Assembly: GCA_964255285.1 (NCBI GenBank)
Contig: CAXUUL010000025.1
Location: forward strand, 1-60,500
Direction of reading: 5' to 3'
DNA: 60,500 nucleotides
Source of the DNA: Ionaspis alba
Taxonomy: Eukaryota
Below the pieces are notes generated by a model. The model did not search any database. It was not told the DNA's origin and saw nothing but the letters and a program-made list of their open reading frames with translations. Below, in pieces: positions 13,389-25,399 of the stretch (positions are counted from its first letter, which is position 1; every line of letters starts with the position of its first letter). The position numbers were made by a program, and so were the translations under genes.

Positions 13389-14352
13389 TCACCACCACTC
13401 CACAGGACCAAGCGCTGACTGCATCATTGAGGCCTAGGGACATTGAATCAGTCAATCGTCTCAAGATATCACGTAGCCAGTTTACCGTGATACTATATGG
13501 GCTTTTGCGCTCCACATTCGCAGCACTCTCGCTCTCAGAGGGAGCAATCGGTGTCTGATCATGCCAATGTTCTTGTTCGATACGTATGCGAACAGTTTCG
13601 TGCTTATCGTAGAAGTACTCTGTTCCTTCATTGTTCCACACCCAGCATTGCTCTTGTGCGTTGCTGGGAAAAAGCGAGTCAGATTCGAGGGTAGCCAAGG
13701 CCATGCCACGCCAGGTAGAAGGAGAGCGGAAGAAGTAGCCACGACGACATCAAAGAGAAATGACACTAGCTGTCTTCGGTGGTCTAACTCACAAGCTACT
13801 ATTGGGAAACATAAGATTGGGAGGAACAAGGATATCCTCGAAGAATTCCAGACGTACTGGAGTCAATGTAAACATGGATTGAGCCAGCATACTGGTACAT
13901 GGACATACTCTTCATCCCCCATTCCGATGCACTGCTGATCTTGCCTATTATGATCTCTCCTTTGAATGGACGAAAAACCACAACTCGAAATTCGACTGGC
14001 AATTGTCAGTGTTAGCTAGACAGGAGCCTAATGAAGGTTCCACACCATTCACATTGACAATGCCAGTGCCATGGCCTATCAAGCCGTCCGAAGCTGTCAA
14101 GATATCGTAGACGTATAGACAGAGCCCAATCTTCTGGATGACCTGGAATTTTTAGCTTTACGTTTCCTCTACCCAGGGATGATCAACACAAACCTTATTG
14201 GCGTATTTGGCATTGAGGTTGTCCTCGATGGCTTCAGCACTGGGCTTTCGAAAGTCCTCAGGTGTGATTTGGACTAGATCCGAGATCGTTGTCTATAATT
14301 ATGAGATATCTGGTGTATCAAGACCACTTCAATTACATACTAGAATGAACAT
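13389..14352 (-). CDS. RPC25: RNA polymerase III subunit C25 (RPC8)
   Basis: Multi-exon: MFIL|TTISDLVQITPEDF..NAKYANK|VIQKIGLCL..DGLIGHGTG|VEFRVVVFRPFKGEII|LEFFEDILVP|..QCWVW..|SMMQSALGPVEWW*. Confidence 0.93.
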
Positions 14353-14594
14353 GTTGATTTCTCATTGTCGATGATGTAGTTAACAGCTGCTAGACAATGT
14401 AAATCCCTTTCGGCTGCCATTTACTTTTCATCACCGGGTATCTAGAAGGTATCTAATCTCAAAGTTCTCCACCGAGTGACAAGCCCTATATCAAGCATTA
14501 CTTGATAAATGGTAACGCACCATTCCAACGCACCAAACGCGACGACTTGACGGCTACGCGGTGAATCCTGCCGTGCGACCAGATATCTTTACAC

Positions 14595-16732
14595 ATGAGC
14601 CACAACTTCATCTTCCCTCCCCCGCCTCCTCCTCCACCACCGGCGGCAGCAAGTCCACTAGGATATGCGCCTTATCCCTCCCAGCAAGGTTATAGTCGAG
14701 GTAGAGGAGGGATCGAGGCATATAGAGGGCCCAGAGGCCGAGGCAATAGAGGGACATCAGGCTACAATGGGCGACCTGCATTCAATGGTGGTTACCGTGG
14801 AACATTTTCCGGGGACCGCAATGCCCATCACATTTCCGTCCAAGCTGGTAGAGGATATTCGCAGCCTCAATATCCTCAATTCCGACATGATCAGCAAGCG
14901 GCAAACATACAGCACTACGGATCAATAGCTACCACTTCAACAAATCCGCAGTATAATCATCCTCTACAAAATACTCATGGACGAGACCAGCCGCATGGCT
15001 ATAATGTGTCACAGATCAATGCTGAACCGAACGCAGATACTGCGAATTCAGGGGTGCATCCCCCAGGTTTAACGATGTCGTCTCCGTTAAGAATGGACTT
15101 TGACGACAGCCGGCCCGTGCATGCAAACGTTCAGGTTGGCTACACCAGCAACCAACCCCCAGGGCACCGCCTACCCTTAGCTGCAGTCAATGGTCATCGC
15201 GGACGCGGACAAAAGAGGCTGCACTCAGATGCCTTTGACAGCTCACGGAGCACGTTGCCCAGAACACTGACATCCCCAGCTGTACCTGCCTTTGGAGCTC
15301 CAAACATTCTTCCAGCAATTGCTCAAATCAATGACAAGAGACTTGGTAAGAAGAAGAAGCGGACACACAATCAGCTTGGTCTCACACCGAGGACGGAAGA
15401 CCACGAATCAAGTGAAGAAGAAGATGTTGATGAGGAGTCGAACCTGGCCGCAAATCAGCCTCAGGTTCTGGAACGTGGAGGACTACAGTTCTCGTACAAC
15501 GGGCGCCGTGCAACACTGAACAGCCCGGCAGAAATCGCAGCCTGGATTGAAGAGCGGAAAAGACGGTTCCCGACCCGCGCGAGGGTAGAAGAAGCTCGTG
15601 AACGAAGAATAAAACTGCAGGAAGCGGACCGAAAGGCGAGAGAGGAGCGCAAGGCGATAGCCGATAGGAGAAACGCAGCACCAAAGCAGGAAGGGAACAG
15701 GGTTTCGAAAATGGCACCAACGGGAGGAAAGAATGGGACGAAAGCAAAGTCCAAAGCAGAGAAGTTACGCAAAGACTTGGAAAAGGCTCAGAAGCGACTT
15801 GCCAAATTTGAAGCAAGAACCGCGAGTTCGCAAACAAGGGATCTGCAAGAGCCTATCAAGTTAGATTTACAAGAGAATGTCACCTCCACAATATCAATTG
15901 ATAGTGTCTCGAAGAATGTCTTTAATTCCCCTGAAATAGGGCAGACTGAAGCTCCGACTACCAGTCAAGGAGTTGGTACTGACGCAAATGCTGTTACTGC
16001 GAGATCTAATGTCAAATCTGCCTTCACGGCTAGCATCACAAGCCCAAATATCCAGCGAGACCGGCCTGTCAACACCGTGTCGGATCTGCTCACTCCCACG
16101 TCCCAGCCTAGCTCTCCAAACGTCGACCCTTCATCCATACCTGCCGTGCGTTCGCCCTCTCCTAGAGCTCCTGGCTCCGATCACACTTCTACAGAAGCAC
16201 AACGGAACCAGGTCGACCGAGCTGCTAGTGTCGATGGTTCAACGGAAGACAGTTATATCTCGACATCAGATAGCTCTTCCGATACCGACTCCGACTCCGA
16301 CGAGGAGACATCATCTAGCGGGTCATCTACCTCTTCTGAGGACGGTCCTGTCGAGTCATCCGCCAAGCATGATGGCGCAGAGAGAGCTCCCGCATCAAGG
16401 CCCGCAGGACCAAGAGCGATATGCCGCGCTTTCCTGAAAAGCGGCCGTTGTCACAGAGGCAAGAATTGCCGTTATCGGCACGAACTGCCCGAGCGGGGTA
16501 GTGGGAGGAATCCTGCCAGCCAAGAAGGCAAAAAGAAGGGTTTCAGAGGTCGTGAGGAAGAGAAGCCGAGAATCAGTCTATATCAACGGGTAAGACGTTC
16601 CCTTCTGTCTACGAGCAACGGCGTTAATGCTTTTTACAGATGCTTGCTCAACAGCAGGAAAAGGAGGATGAGCTGGTCTTACAGTATATAATTTCCCTTG
16701 GCGAGCAGGGTTTACTTGAAGAGCCAGATTAG
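14595..16732 (+). CDS. NUFIP1/Rsa1-domain protein with CCCH zinc finger (box C/D snoRNP assembly factor-like)
   Basis: LNSPAEIAAWIEERKRRFPT (NUFIP1 motif), CRAFLKSGRCHRGKNCRYRH (CCCH), SLYQR|MLAQQ..LVLQYI after intron 16590-16639. Confidence 0.75.
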
Positions 16733-17199
16733 AATATTGTCAAGCCAATTGAGTGATGGACGTTCTTTGACGATCTGCCTGTCACCTGGTACAAAACTGC
16801 ATACGCCCCTTTAAATAAATGAGTTTTGATCAGACAGATCCCATGGTTCATAGCACCAAGCTCGCCCTATTGAGAGATATAGGTTACCAAATTTGCCTCC
16901 GAACTCCGAACAGGTGGTAACTGCTGTGTGAACAAGTGTTTTGGAGATATCAGCCATATATAATCAAGCTAGTGAACTCAGTATGCAGCTTCATATCCTA
17001 GTCCCATGAACTAATCTCGGTGACCTTGTCAGTTGATTGGCTGGTCGAGGTTGAGTATCTCAGGTCTATAGAAGACGCGCGCCAGTCGCGGAGTGAATCG
17101 GAGCTCAGCTGGCCTTTAAAAGTGTCTACCAAGTCTTTCCCTCGAGGAAAAGCAATTGACTGTCTGACGTAGTTCTCGACTTGCCTGAGGCATGTGTAG

Positions 17200-18693
17200 C
17201 TAGAAAGGGCTATACGTGTTCAACACGACTGCTCTGCGTTCACATAACTTCATCAGTTTTCTTGTTTCATGCTCCCGCATCCCACACAGCGTTACGGACT
17301 CCAGCTTGTCCACCGCATCCCAACCCTCTAGCAACAGATCAGCTAATCTTTCCATCACATAAGATGCTTCCACTGCATAAGATAGCACTGTTAGCTTCTT
17401 TAGACTCCTTGGTAGCATGTCAGCTAGCTTCCACTCGTGCGCTTGTGGTGCAGTCTTCATGCGACTTGTTCCCAAACTTGTCCGAAACCTCCTCCCAAAT
17501 CCACCCAGGATCAGTGGGACCTCAACGGACAAGTCTTCAAGCGATTCAAACTCGCTGAAGCCTCCTGGACCGACAGCCCAAGTACCTATCTCGTTGTCGA
17601 CATCAGGATGTATCTCATCCGCCTCGTTGAACGGAATGCCGAAATCCATAAGACTCATGGTCAGGGACAGTGTTTTCAGTGAACGTCTTGCGCGGGCAAG
17701 CAGGATCTCGACTAATTTGCTGGCGGAATATATCGGACTGTGATAAGAGATACGTTGAAAACGAAACACCTCCAAGGTACCTATCTGCGCTCGCTGTAGT
17801 ATAGCCAAGACATCTTGCCATGAAAGGCTGCCCATATTTATAAGCAGCTCCGCCAGTGGCGCCTTAGACCACCATTCGTTCGCTTTTAATGATCGATTGG
17901 CATATCTCTCTTGATCGCGCAGGGGACAAAGTTTGCTATTGTGACGAATGGAGGATTTGACGTACGTCACATTCAGATGCGCTAGAGCAGGAAGTGTGAG
18001 TAAGTTTAGGAGTTTGCATGAATCCATCATATTTTCTTGGCTCATGGCATTCAATACGATCCGTGTCAGAGAAGCAAATTGGTTGAACGATGAAATTGTT
18101 CCCACGCGCACAAGCGTCCCGGGCTTTGTCATATGTTCAAAGGCACGGAGAATAAAGCCATGTGAGCATTGGTAGCTGCAATCAAGTGATTTGAGTCTGG
18201 GCAGGTAGGGAAGTAGAATGGCAACCATGGCCGCTTGGTTGCCTTTCGAGATCTGCTCCTCCCAGCTCACCGCTGCCCATTCTTCCTCAGCCAGCCCGTA
18301 GTCGCCGTATCCCACGCGTTCAGCCATAGAATGAAAGCTGCGGACAAACGCCGCTCGACAAACTTCGTGCACACAGATGTTTTCACCAGATGTGTCAGGG
18401 GATATATTTGACAGGGACCAGCGAGGCTGACAATAAGTAACAGTGAGAGACTGCACGTAGTATCCTAAACTTGGACATTCCAAAATTGATTTCAAAAGCT
18501 CTGAATTGTCAGTAAATGATTCGCCGTCTAGCCTAGCGTATCTAGCATGGAGCGTATGATGTTCTCGGAGAAATGGCTTAGAGAGTCCGTGTACGATCCT
18601 ATTGACGGAGGAGAAAGCCACAAGAGTACTTGGATGGATATGAGGAAAGATGAGGAGGATGACCTCATTTGGAAGCAAGCTGAAGGATGCCAT
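17200..18693 (-). CDS. F-box-like protein with LRR-like C-terminal region
   Basis: Intronless 497-aa ORF. N-terminal FSLLPNEVILLIFPHI..LVAFSSVNR F-box pattern; LPRLKSL, LKTLSL, LPRSLKKLTV repeats. Confidence 0.65.
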   Translation of the reverse strand: MASFSLLPNEVILLIFPHIHPSTLVAFSSVNRIVHGLSKPFLREHHTLHARYARLDGESFTDNSELLKSILECPSLGYYVQSLTVTYCQPRWSLSNISPDTSGENICVHEVCRAAFVRSFHSMAERVGYGDYGLAEEEWAAVSWEEQISKGNQAAMVAILLPYLPRLKSLDCSYQCSHGFILRAFEHMTKPGTLVRVGTISSFNQFASLTRIVLNAMSQENMMDSCKLLNLLTLPALAHLNVTYVKSSIRHNSKLCPLRDQERYANRSLKANEWWSKAPLAELLINMGSLSWQDVLAILQRAQIGTLEVFRFQRISYHSPIYSASKLVEILLARARRSLKTLSLTMSLMDFGIPFNEADEIHPDVDNEIGTWAVGPGGFSEFESLEDLSVEVPLILGGFGRRFRTSLGTSRMKTAPQAHEWKLADMLPRSLKKLTVLSYAVEASYVMERLADLLLEGWDAVDKLESVTLCGMREHETRKLMKLCERRAVVLNTYSPF

Positions 18694-18829
18694 TCAGAAA
18701 ATGAGGATGCTGTTCTCAGTGTTTGCTTTTGAAAGTTCTTGAAGAGTCACGAGAATCATAGGTACTGAATGGTTGAGTAGGTCGCGAAGGTACTGGCAGG
18801 CCAGAAATGTCCAAGTACGAAGACATTGA

Positions 18830-18929
18830 NNNNNNNNNNNNNNNNNNNNNNNNNNNNNNNNNNNNNNNNNNNNNNNNNNNNNNNNNNNNNNNNNNNNNNN
18901 NNNNNNNNNNNNNNNNNNNNNNNNNNNNN
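18830..18929. other. Assembly gap
   Basis: Run of N. Confidence 0.99.
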
Positions 18930-19015
18930 CCTCGATTTCATGTTCAGACCACTTGGGAAGCACCATCATCATCGAGGTTATCATAGCTGAGCAGCCCTTC
19001 TGTATTCATGGTACT

Positions 19016-20802
19016 ATGGCATTGCAAATTGCTAGTCGTTTCGTTATAGTCTGCCTGACCTTCTTGTTGCTTAACTTTGCTTCCCTACTTCTTGCGGATA
19101 CCGTCGTTCATGGCAGAAAATTCGTCCCAGATGCCGTATTGAGAGTCACGGAACAGATATACACTCAATCATGCCTGACGAAGCCGAATGTTGTCTTGAT
19201 TAACGGGTCCTCCCCTGGACCAGCCCTTCGACTGGTCGAAGGCAGGACCTCGTGGATTAGAGTATACAATGATATGGATGACCAGAATCTGACAATGGTA
19301 AGCAACAATGCATCACACTTGCAGCTTCAGTTTTTGAACTCGTCAATCAGCACTGGCATGGCCTAAGCATGGCTGCATCCCCCTTCTCTGATGGGACACC
19401 CCAAGCCAGCCAGTGGCCTATACCTCCACGTTATTTCTTCGACTACGAGATCCTCCCAGAAATCGGTATGGCAGGGACATATTTTTATCACTCGCATGTC
19501 GGATTCCAAGCCGTCTCCGCAGCCGGACCTCTTATCGTTGAAGACGCAGGCAAGGTGCCGTACGGCTACGATGAGGAGAGAATTATTTTCTTTTCGGACG
19601 TCTTCAATAAAACGAATGCACAGATTGAGCATGGGCTTCAGTCAAACCCGTTTGTCTGGAGTGGGGAGACTTTGAATGTTATGATCAATGGAAAGGGGCA
19701 ACTGGCAGGCTGTGGATCACTTGCTACCATCGATGTTCAACCCGGAAAGACATATCGCCTACGCTTCATTGGTGGCACTGCACTATCCTTCGTGTCCTTG
19801 GGATTTGAGGACCACCAGATGACTATAATCGAAGCGGACGGATCTTACACCAAGCCTTTTAGAACAGACATCCTGCAGATTGGAAGTGGTCAAAGATTTA
19901 GTGTACTGCTACACACAAAACCGCGTCGCCAACTCCAGGGACGCAATCAATTTTTCCTGCAAGTAGAGACACGGAACCGTCCGACCCTGACCAGATCATA
20001 TGCGGTGTTGAAATATGGTGGAGGTCTCCAAGCTTCAATAGCTGCTCCCAGGACACCTCCCCTGAGCCTTCCAAATACTACCTATCAATGGCTTGAGTAT
20101 CAGCTTCGACCGCTGCGAAAGAACAATTTCCCTCAGCTTTCGGAAGTGACTCGTCGGGTCGTTATTCGAACCCATCAGATGGTATCTGGCAATGCAGTTT
20201 GGGCTCAGGATAATGTCCCATGGTTCGAGACATTCCCAAAAGAACCATATCTCGTCTCACTCTACAAGAATGATGGTCTTCAGTTTCCCTCCTACGACAG
20301 GGCGATCGCTAATGGTGGCGTGGATCCTGAAACTAAAGCCTTTCCCGCTAAGATCGGAGAAGTCATCGAGTTGGTGATCCAGAATACAGGCTCGGACAGC
20401 GGCGGGATTGACGTTCATCCGTTCCACGCACACGGTGCTCACTACTATGACATTGGCAGCGGGAATGGCACATACGATATCGCGAGCAACGAAGCTAGAT
20501 TGCGAGGCACAGAACCCGTCATGAGAGATACCACAATGCTGTTTCGCTATGGAGAGAAGACTGTGCCCGGCGTGGACGCGAGCTGGCGAGCCTGGAGACT
20601 CCGAATCACAGAACCTGGGGTCTGGATGATCCATTGCCATATCTTACAACATATGATCATGGGTATGCAGACTGTTTGGGTTATGGGGAACCAATCTGAG
20701 CTGTTGAAAGTCCCTTACCCGGATGTTACTGGATATTTGGATTATGGCGGGAGTGTCTATGGGAATGATTCTTATTCCCCAAGAGTGGTACAACTCAAGT
20801 GA
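19016..20802 (+). CDS. Secreted multicopper oxidase (fungal ascorbate-oxidase-like, AA1)
   Basis: Hydrophobic signal-like N-terminus; intron 19298-19350; copper motifs HWHG, YHSH, HPFHAHG, HCHILQHMIMGM (Met axial ligand). Confidence 0.9.
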
Positions 20803-21191
20803 TTGCATCTAGCATTTTGAAGGGACTTTGGAGGATCACTGGGACGGTTTGGCCTTATAGTAATGAGCGTTCCTCGACATTTGAGTATGTGGATGATATT
20901 ATGCAAAGGATTGACCGTAATCAGGATAATGTACCAAATGTAACTTGTGGTTGTGGTCCTGGTTAGCGGACATGACTTTTGAAGCTCTGGAGTTTGTGAT
21001 TCGTCAATTGGCCAATCACATCGGTAAGCCATTGCTAGCACTCATTCCTAAAACTACCGAACTCGACCTCCTCTCCAACGACAGAGCTTGCTTTCCTGCA
21101 GCATCACACCTCCGATCTCAACTCCACCATCAATTGCCATTGAACCTCTTCTTCCCTAGACTTCTTCTTTGTCTCTGGAGAACCTCTCACA

Positions 21192-23074
21192 ATGTTCAGA
21201 AACGCACTGCGGCAGTCGAGTCGCACGGCGGTCGGTGCGATCGCAGCTACGGGCCGGGTGCGAGCAACCGTTCCAGCTCTGACTGCCACATCCAAGCAGG
21301 TCCGAACGTATGCTGAGGCCAAAGCCTCGCCTACTGAGGTCTCTTCGATCCTTGAGCAGCGGATCCGAGGTGTTCAGGAGGAAGCTGGTCTTGCTGAGAC
21401 TGGACGAGTCTTGTCTGTTGGGTGCGTTATTTACCGCCGATCTAGCAACACCAGAAGAAAAATCGAAGCTGACCTAGATCTTGTCGTTAGTGATGGTATC
21501 GCTCGTGTCCATGGTATGAGCAATGTCCAGGCCGAGGAGCTGGTCGAGTATGTGCTATTGGCAACGACAAACAAGCTATCGAGCTTACATACAATCTAGG
21601 TTTGCCTCGGGCGTCAAGGGAATGTGCATGAACTTGGAAGCTGGACAAGTCGGTGTCGTGTTATTCGGTTCAGATCGTCTCGTGAAGGAAGGTGAAACTG
21701 TCAAGCGTACCGGCGAGATTGTATGGCTTTCATGAATCGAGCTCCAGCCTAGCCAAGCTAATCCTTTTTCAAGGTCGATGTCCCTGTCGGGCCTGCGATG
21801 TTGGGTCGTGTTGTTGACGCCCTCGGAAATCCAATCGACGGCAAAGGCCCAATCAAGACAACAGAGAAGCGTCGAGCTCAATTGAAGGCGCCGGGCATTC
21901 TGCCCCGTCGCTCTGTGAACCAGCCAGTCCAGACTGGTCTCAAATCTGTCGATGCTATGGTGCCGATTGGACGTGGCCAGCGTGAGTTGATTATTGGAGA
22001 TCGTCAGACCGGAAAGACTGCCGTCGCTCTCGATGCGATGCTGAACCAAAGGCGTTGGAACAACGGGAATGACGAGACCAAGAAGCTTTACTGTGTTTAC
22101 GTCGCAGTTGGACAGAAGCGATCTACTGTTGCCCAGCTGGTCAAAACTCTTGAGGAGAACGATGCCATGAAATACTCGATCATTGTCGCAGCCACTGCCT
22201 CCGAAGCCGCTCCCCTACAGTACATCGCACCTTTCACTGGATGCGCTATTGGAGAATGGTTCCGTGACAACGGAAAGCACGCAGTCATTATCTTCGACGA
22301 TCTCTCTAAACAGGCTGTTGCATACCGTCAAATGTCGCTCTTGCTCCGTCGGCCACCAGGACGAGAGGCTTATCCTGGAGAGTAAGTTAAGCGTACTTAT
22401 ATTTGCAGATCTAAGCTAACATCAATGTCTCTAGCGTGTTCTACCTGCACTCGCGTCTACTGGAACGTGCTGCCAAGCTGAGTGACAAGCACGGTGGAGG
22501 ATCCTTGACCGCCCTGCCAATCATTGAGACACAAGGTGGTGATGTGTCTGCCTATATTCCAACAAACGTCATTTCCATTACCGATGGCCAGATCTTCTTG
22601 GAAGCCGAACTCTTCTACAAGGGTATCCGTCCTGCCATCAACGTCGGTCTGTCTGTGTCCCGTGTCGGATCTGCCGCCCAACTCAAAGCCATGAAGCAAG
22701 TCGCCGGGTCCTTGAAGCTCTTCTTGGCCCAATATCGTGAAGTCGCTGCTTTCGCCCAATTCGGCTCCGATTTGGACGCTGCTACCAAGCAGACCCTCAG
22801 CCGTGGTGAACGTCTTACCGAGCTCCTCAAACAGAAACAATACCAACCCATGGCTGTCAACGAGATGGTGCCTTTGATCTACGCTGGTGTCAACGGACAT
22901 CTTGATAACGTCCCCGTCAACAAGATCCTGCAATGGGAGTCGGATTTCCTTGGCCACTTGCGGTCGAACGAGACGGATCTGTTGGCTACGATTGACAAGG
23001 AGGGTGCGTTGAGCAAGGAGCTGGAGGGGAGACTCAAGGAGGTCGTATCTTCATTCACCAAGAGCTTCACTTGA
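21192..23074 (+). CDS. ATP1: Mitochondrial F1-ATP synthase alpha subunit
   Basis: Arg/Ala/Ser-rich presequence, four introns, GDRQTGKT P-loop, [26 protein letters not shown]. Confidence 0.99.
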
Positions 23075-23413
23075 GCGGTAATAGGTAAGATTGGTTTCTT
23101 GAGGTAGAAGGTATGCATCAAGACTGACGTGGGGCCAAAGATGTAAAATAGGTAAAATATCGGGCTCGTTCCTGGGAGCTCTCCTGTACCTTACTACTAC
23201 TCACACGTCATCGTGCTGCTAGAGAGTCTACAAAAGCAGAAAGAGCGGTTCAGAGATTCTACTCCCTCTGTGAAAGTAACGCTAGTGCGTGGCATCTCGA
23301 AGCCTCAATTTTGTACTTAGGAACAATTTACGTGTAGCTTTTTTGTCTTCTGTCATCGAAAAGGAGATTTGAGAACCTCGTGCTCTTTAAGTCTATCACG
23401 GGTTGCCCTTGAG

Positions 23414-24472
23414 CTAAGCCAGTTGAGCGATCCAGAGCGGATCCATAACAGACTTTCCCCTACCCAAGTGCCTTTCCACGAAAATCCACATACGCACTTT
23501 GAATGACTCCGTAGTGCAATTCCACATCTTCACTTTGATTAATGTTCTACACTTCAAACACTTGAAATCGTACCTCCGAAGCCCTATGCTTAGCGAATTT
23601 GCCACCATGACCGCTTTTGCAACTCGCAAATCAGTACTGGAGATATGCGGACAAAATGCAATGGGTCCCCACTCGACCAGTTCCTTGCGAATAGCATCCA
23701 CGCTCGTCTTTGCCGCATCCTGAATTGCTGCAAACTGCTTGAAGATGTAGTCACTATGGAACTGCAACGTGTCGCCCATCGCGTAGTACCACTCGTGGTG
23801 GTCATTGATCGGATGGTCGAGAGGATAGTATCTCCATTGTGGTCCGTTACTCGTGTAGAGCATCGTTGGGCCCGAATACTCGAGGACACGTGGGCTTCCC
23901 GGGTAATAGAAGCGGGAGTCGTGCCTCGGCATCATGTCTTTGAGAAGCTGAGTGAAGGCATCGAATTTGAGGGTCCATTTGGGGTGGATCTGTAGAACAC
24001 GGGTGCTGCCTATACATGCACGCGTGATTGCATGAAACCTGGATCGCTCGGTGGCTGTAAAGACGCGGGCTGGATGTAAGAATTTACAGTTGCTGCAGAG
24101 AAGACTGGTGGTTATCGGTTTATCGCGCTCCAGAAGGCACAGATATTCGAAGCGCTCGTCTGGGGAGGATTTAAGATGCTGATAGAGGACTTGAATTGGC
24201 GGGCCAACGCAGTACAGATGTCGGCAGGTAAGCTTGAGGATGCTGACTGCCGGAAGTGGCAAATAGGAAGCGATTATCTCTTGGAGCTCCCTGGGAAGCT
24301 TGACAAGAGGTCGTGTTGTATTGACCATGAACGTCTCCTCATCATCTTCCCGATTTGCTACCTTTAAGCGTGATCCTTGAGCAAGCATCTTTTCTAAGGG
24401 CCACCGAACAAAGTGCAAGATGTATGAAGTGATGGTGAGGGACAATGAATTAACATTGTCAAGATGGTACAT
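23414..24472 (-). CDS. F-box-like protein (start uncertain; alternative ATGs near 24388 and 24328)
   Basis: LVKLPRELQEIIASYLPLPAVSILKLTCRHLY F-box pattern; CSNCKFLHP, FCPH, CLKCRT and RHLG..DPLWIAQ motifs typical of a fungal F-box family. Confidence 0.65.
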   Translation of the reverse strand: MYHLDNVNSLSLTITSYILHFVRWPLEKMLAQGSRLKVANREDDEETFMVNTTRPLVKLPRELQEIIASYLPLPAVSILKLTCRHLYCVGPPIQVLYQHLKSSPDERFEYLCLLERDKPITTSLLCSNCKFLHPARVFTATERSRFHAITRACIGSTRVLQIHPKWTLKFDAFTQLLKDMMPRHDSRFYYPGSPRVLEYSGPTMLYTSNGPQWRYYPLDHPINDHHEWYYAMGDTLQFHSDYIFKQFAAIQDAAKTSVDAIRKELVEWGPIAFCPHISSTDLRVAKAVMVANSLSIGLRRYDFKCLKCRTLIKVKMWNCTTESFKVRMWIFVERHLGRGKSVMDPLWIAQLA

Positions 24473-25399
24473 TTGCAGGAAATAGTAAGCACGACTGCAA
24501 AGTGAAGATGTACGCCACGCAGTAAGAGGAGAGTTTCTAAGTGGATTGCAGAGGTGTTTGTTTTGGATCTGTGTTGACACCCAGCTGGACGAGACAGAGC
24601 ATCTTATGAATGTCTTGTGTCAGTGGCCGGCTACACCAACACCTATCACACGTGATAACAGTGCCACGAACCCCGCTATGCTTACAGCACTCGGACATGC
24701 AGATATTGACTTGAAAATTATTAGGCGCGACCTAATATGGATCTTCTAATAATCACTTTCTCATTGAAGTATCGGGCACGAAAGAATGCATGATGGGGAG
24801 ATATCCAGTCGAAGACTAAGTAACAGCCCCCTGCCGATGAAGTCTCGGGTAAAGTTGCTAGCGTCGGAGGTTTACCACGCCGTTAGAGCTGTGGGAGGGC
24901 ATCAAGAGCTTCTGCCTGGCTCAACTGCTACTTCCTTTCCTCTCCACTTCATCCATTTGTATGGACGACTTAGGTACTGAAAAAGGGTAGACCTATACGT
25001 CATCTTACTCTAGTGCTTATTCGCATATACTTCAGAATCTCTATGACCACTAATCGTTCGCAAACCACTTGACTGCGGGACGACGGCCGGTTGGCTTCAA
25101 TATCTGGCATATTTTTTGGAACGCCTATTCTGTCACTTAGAATCTGGTTGCCAATTGGTTATCTGCGACTACAGTTCTTGTATGCCGAATCGCCGCTGGA
25201 AGGAGTCCAGACCCACTGCGCACAGTCGTCAAGCGGAAGTGGGGGAATCGACATTTCGAAGGATCGGGGCAGAGGAGGAAGGTGGTCTAGGGATATCGAG
25301 TTGAGATCTTGTGGCTACCAGTCCTGAGTCATACTTTGTACGCAGGAAGAGGTCTTGCGGGTTCGGTCTCGTACAGCAACTCATTACATTTTCGACAAC

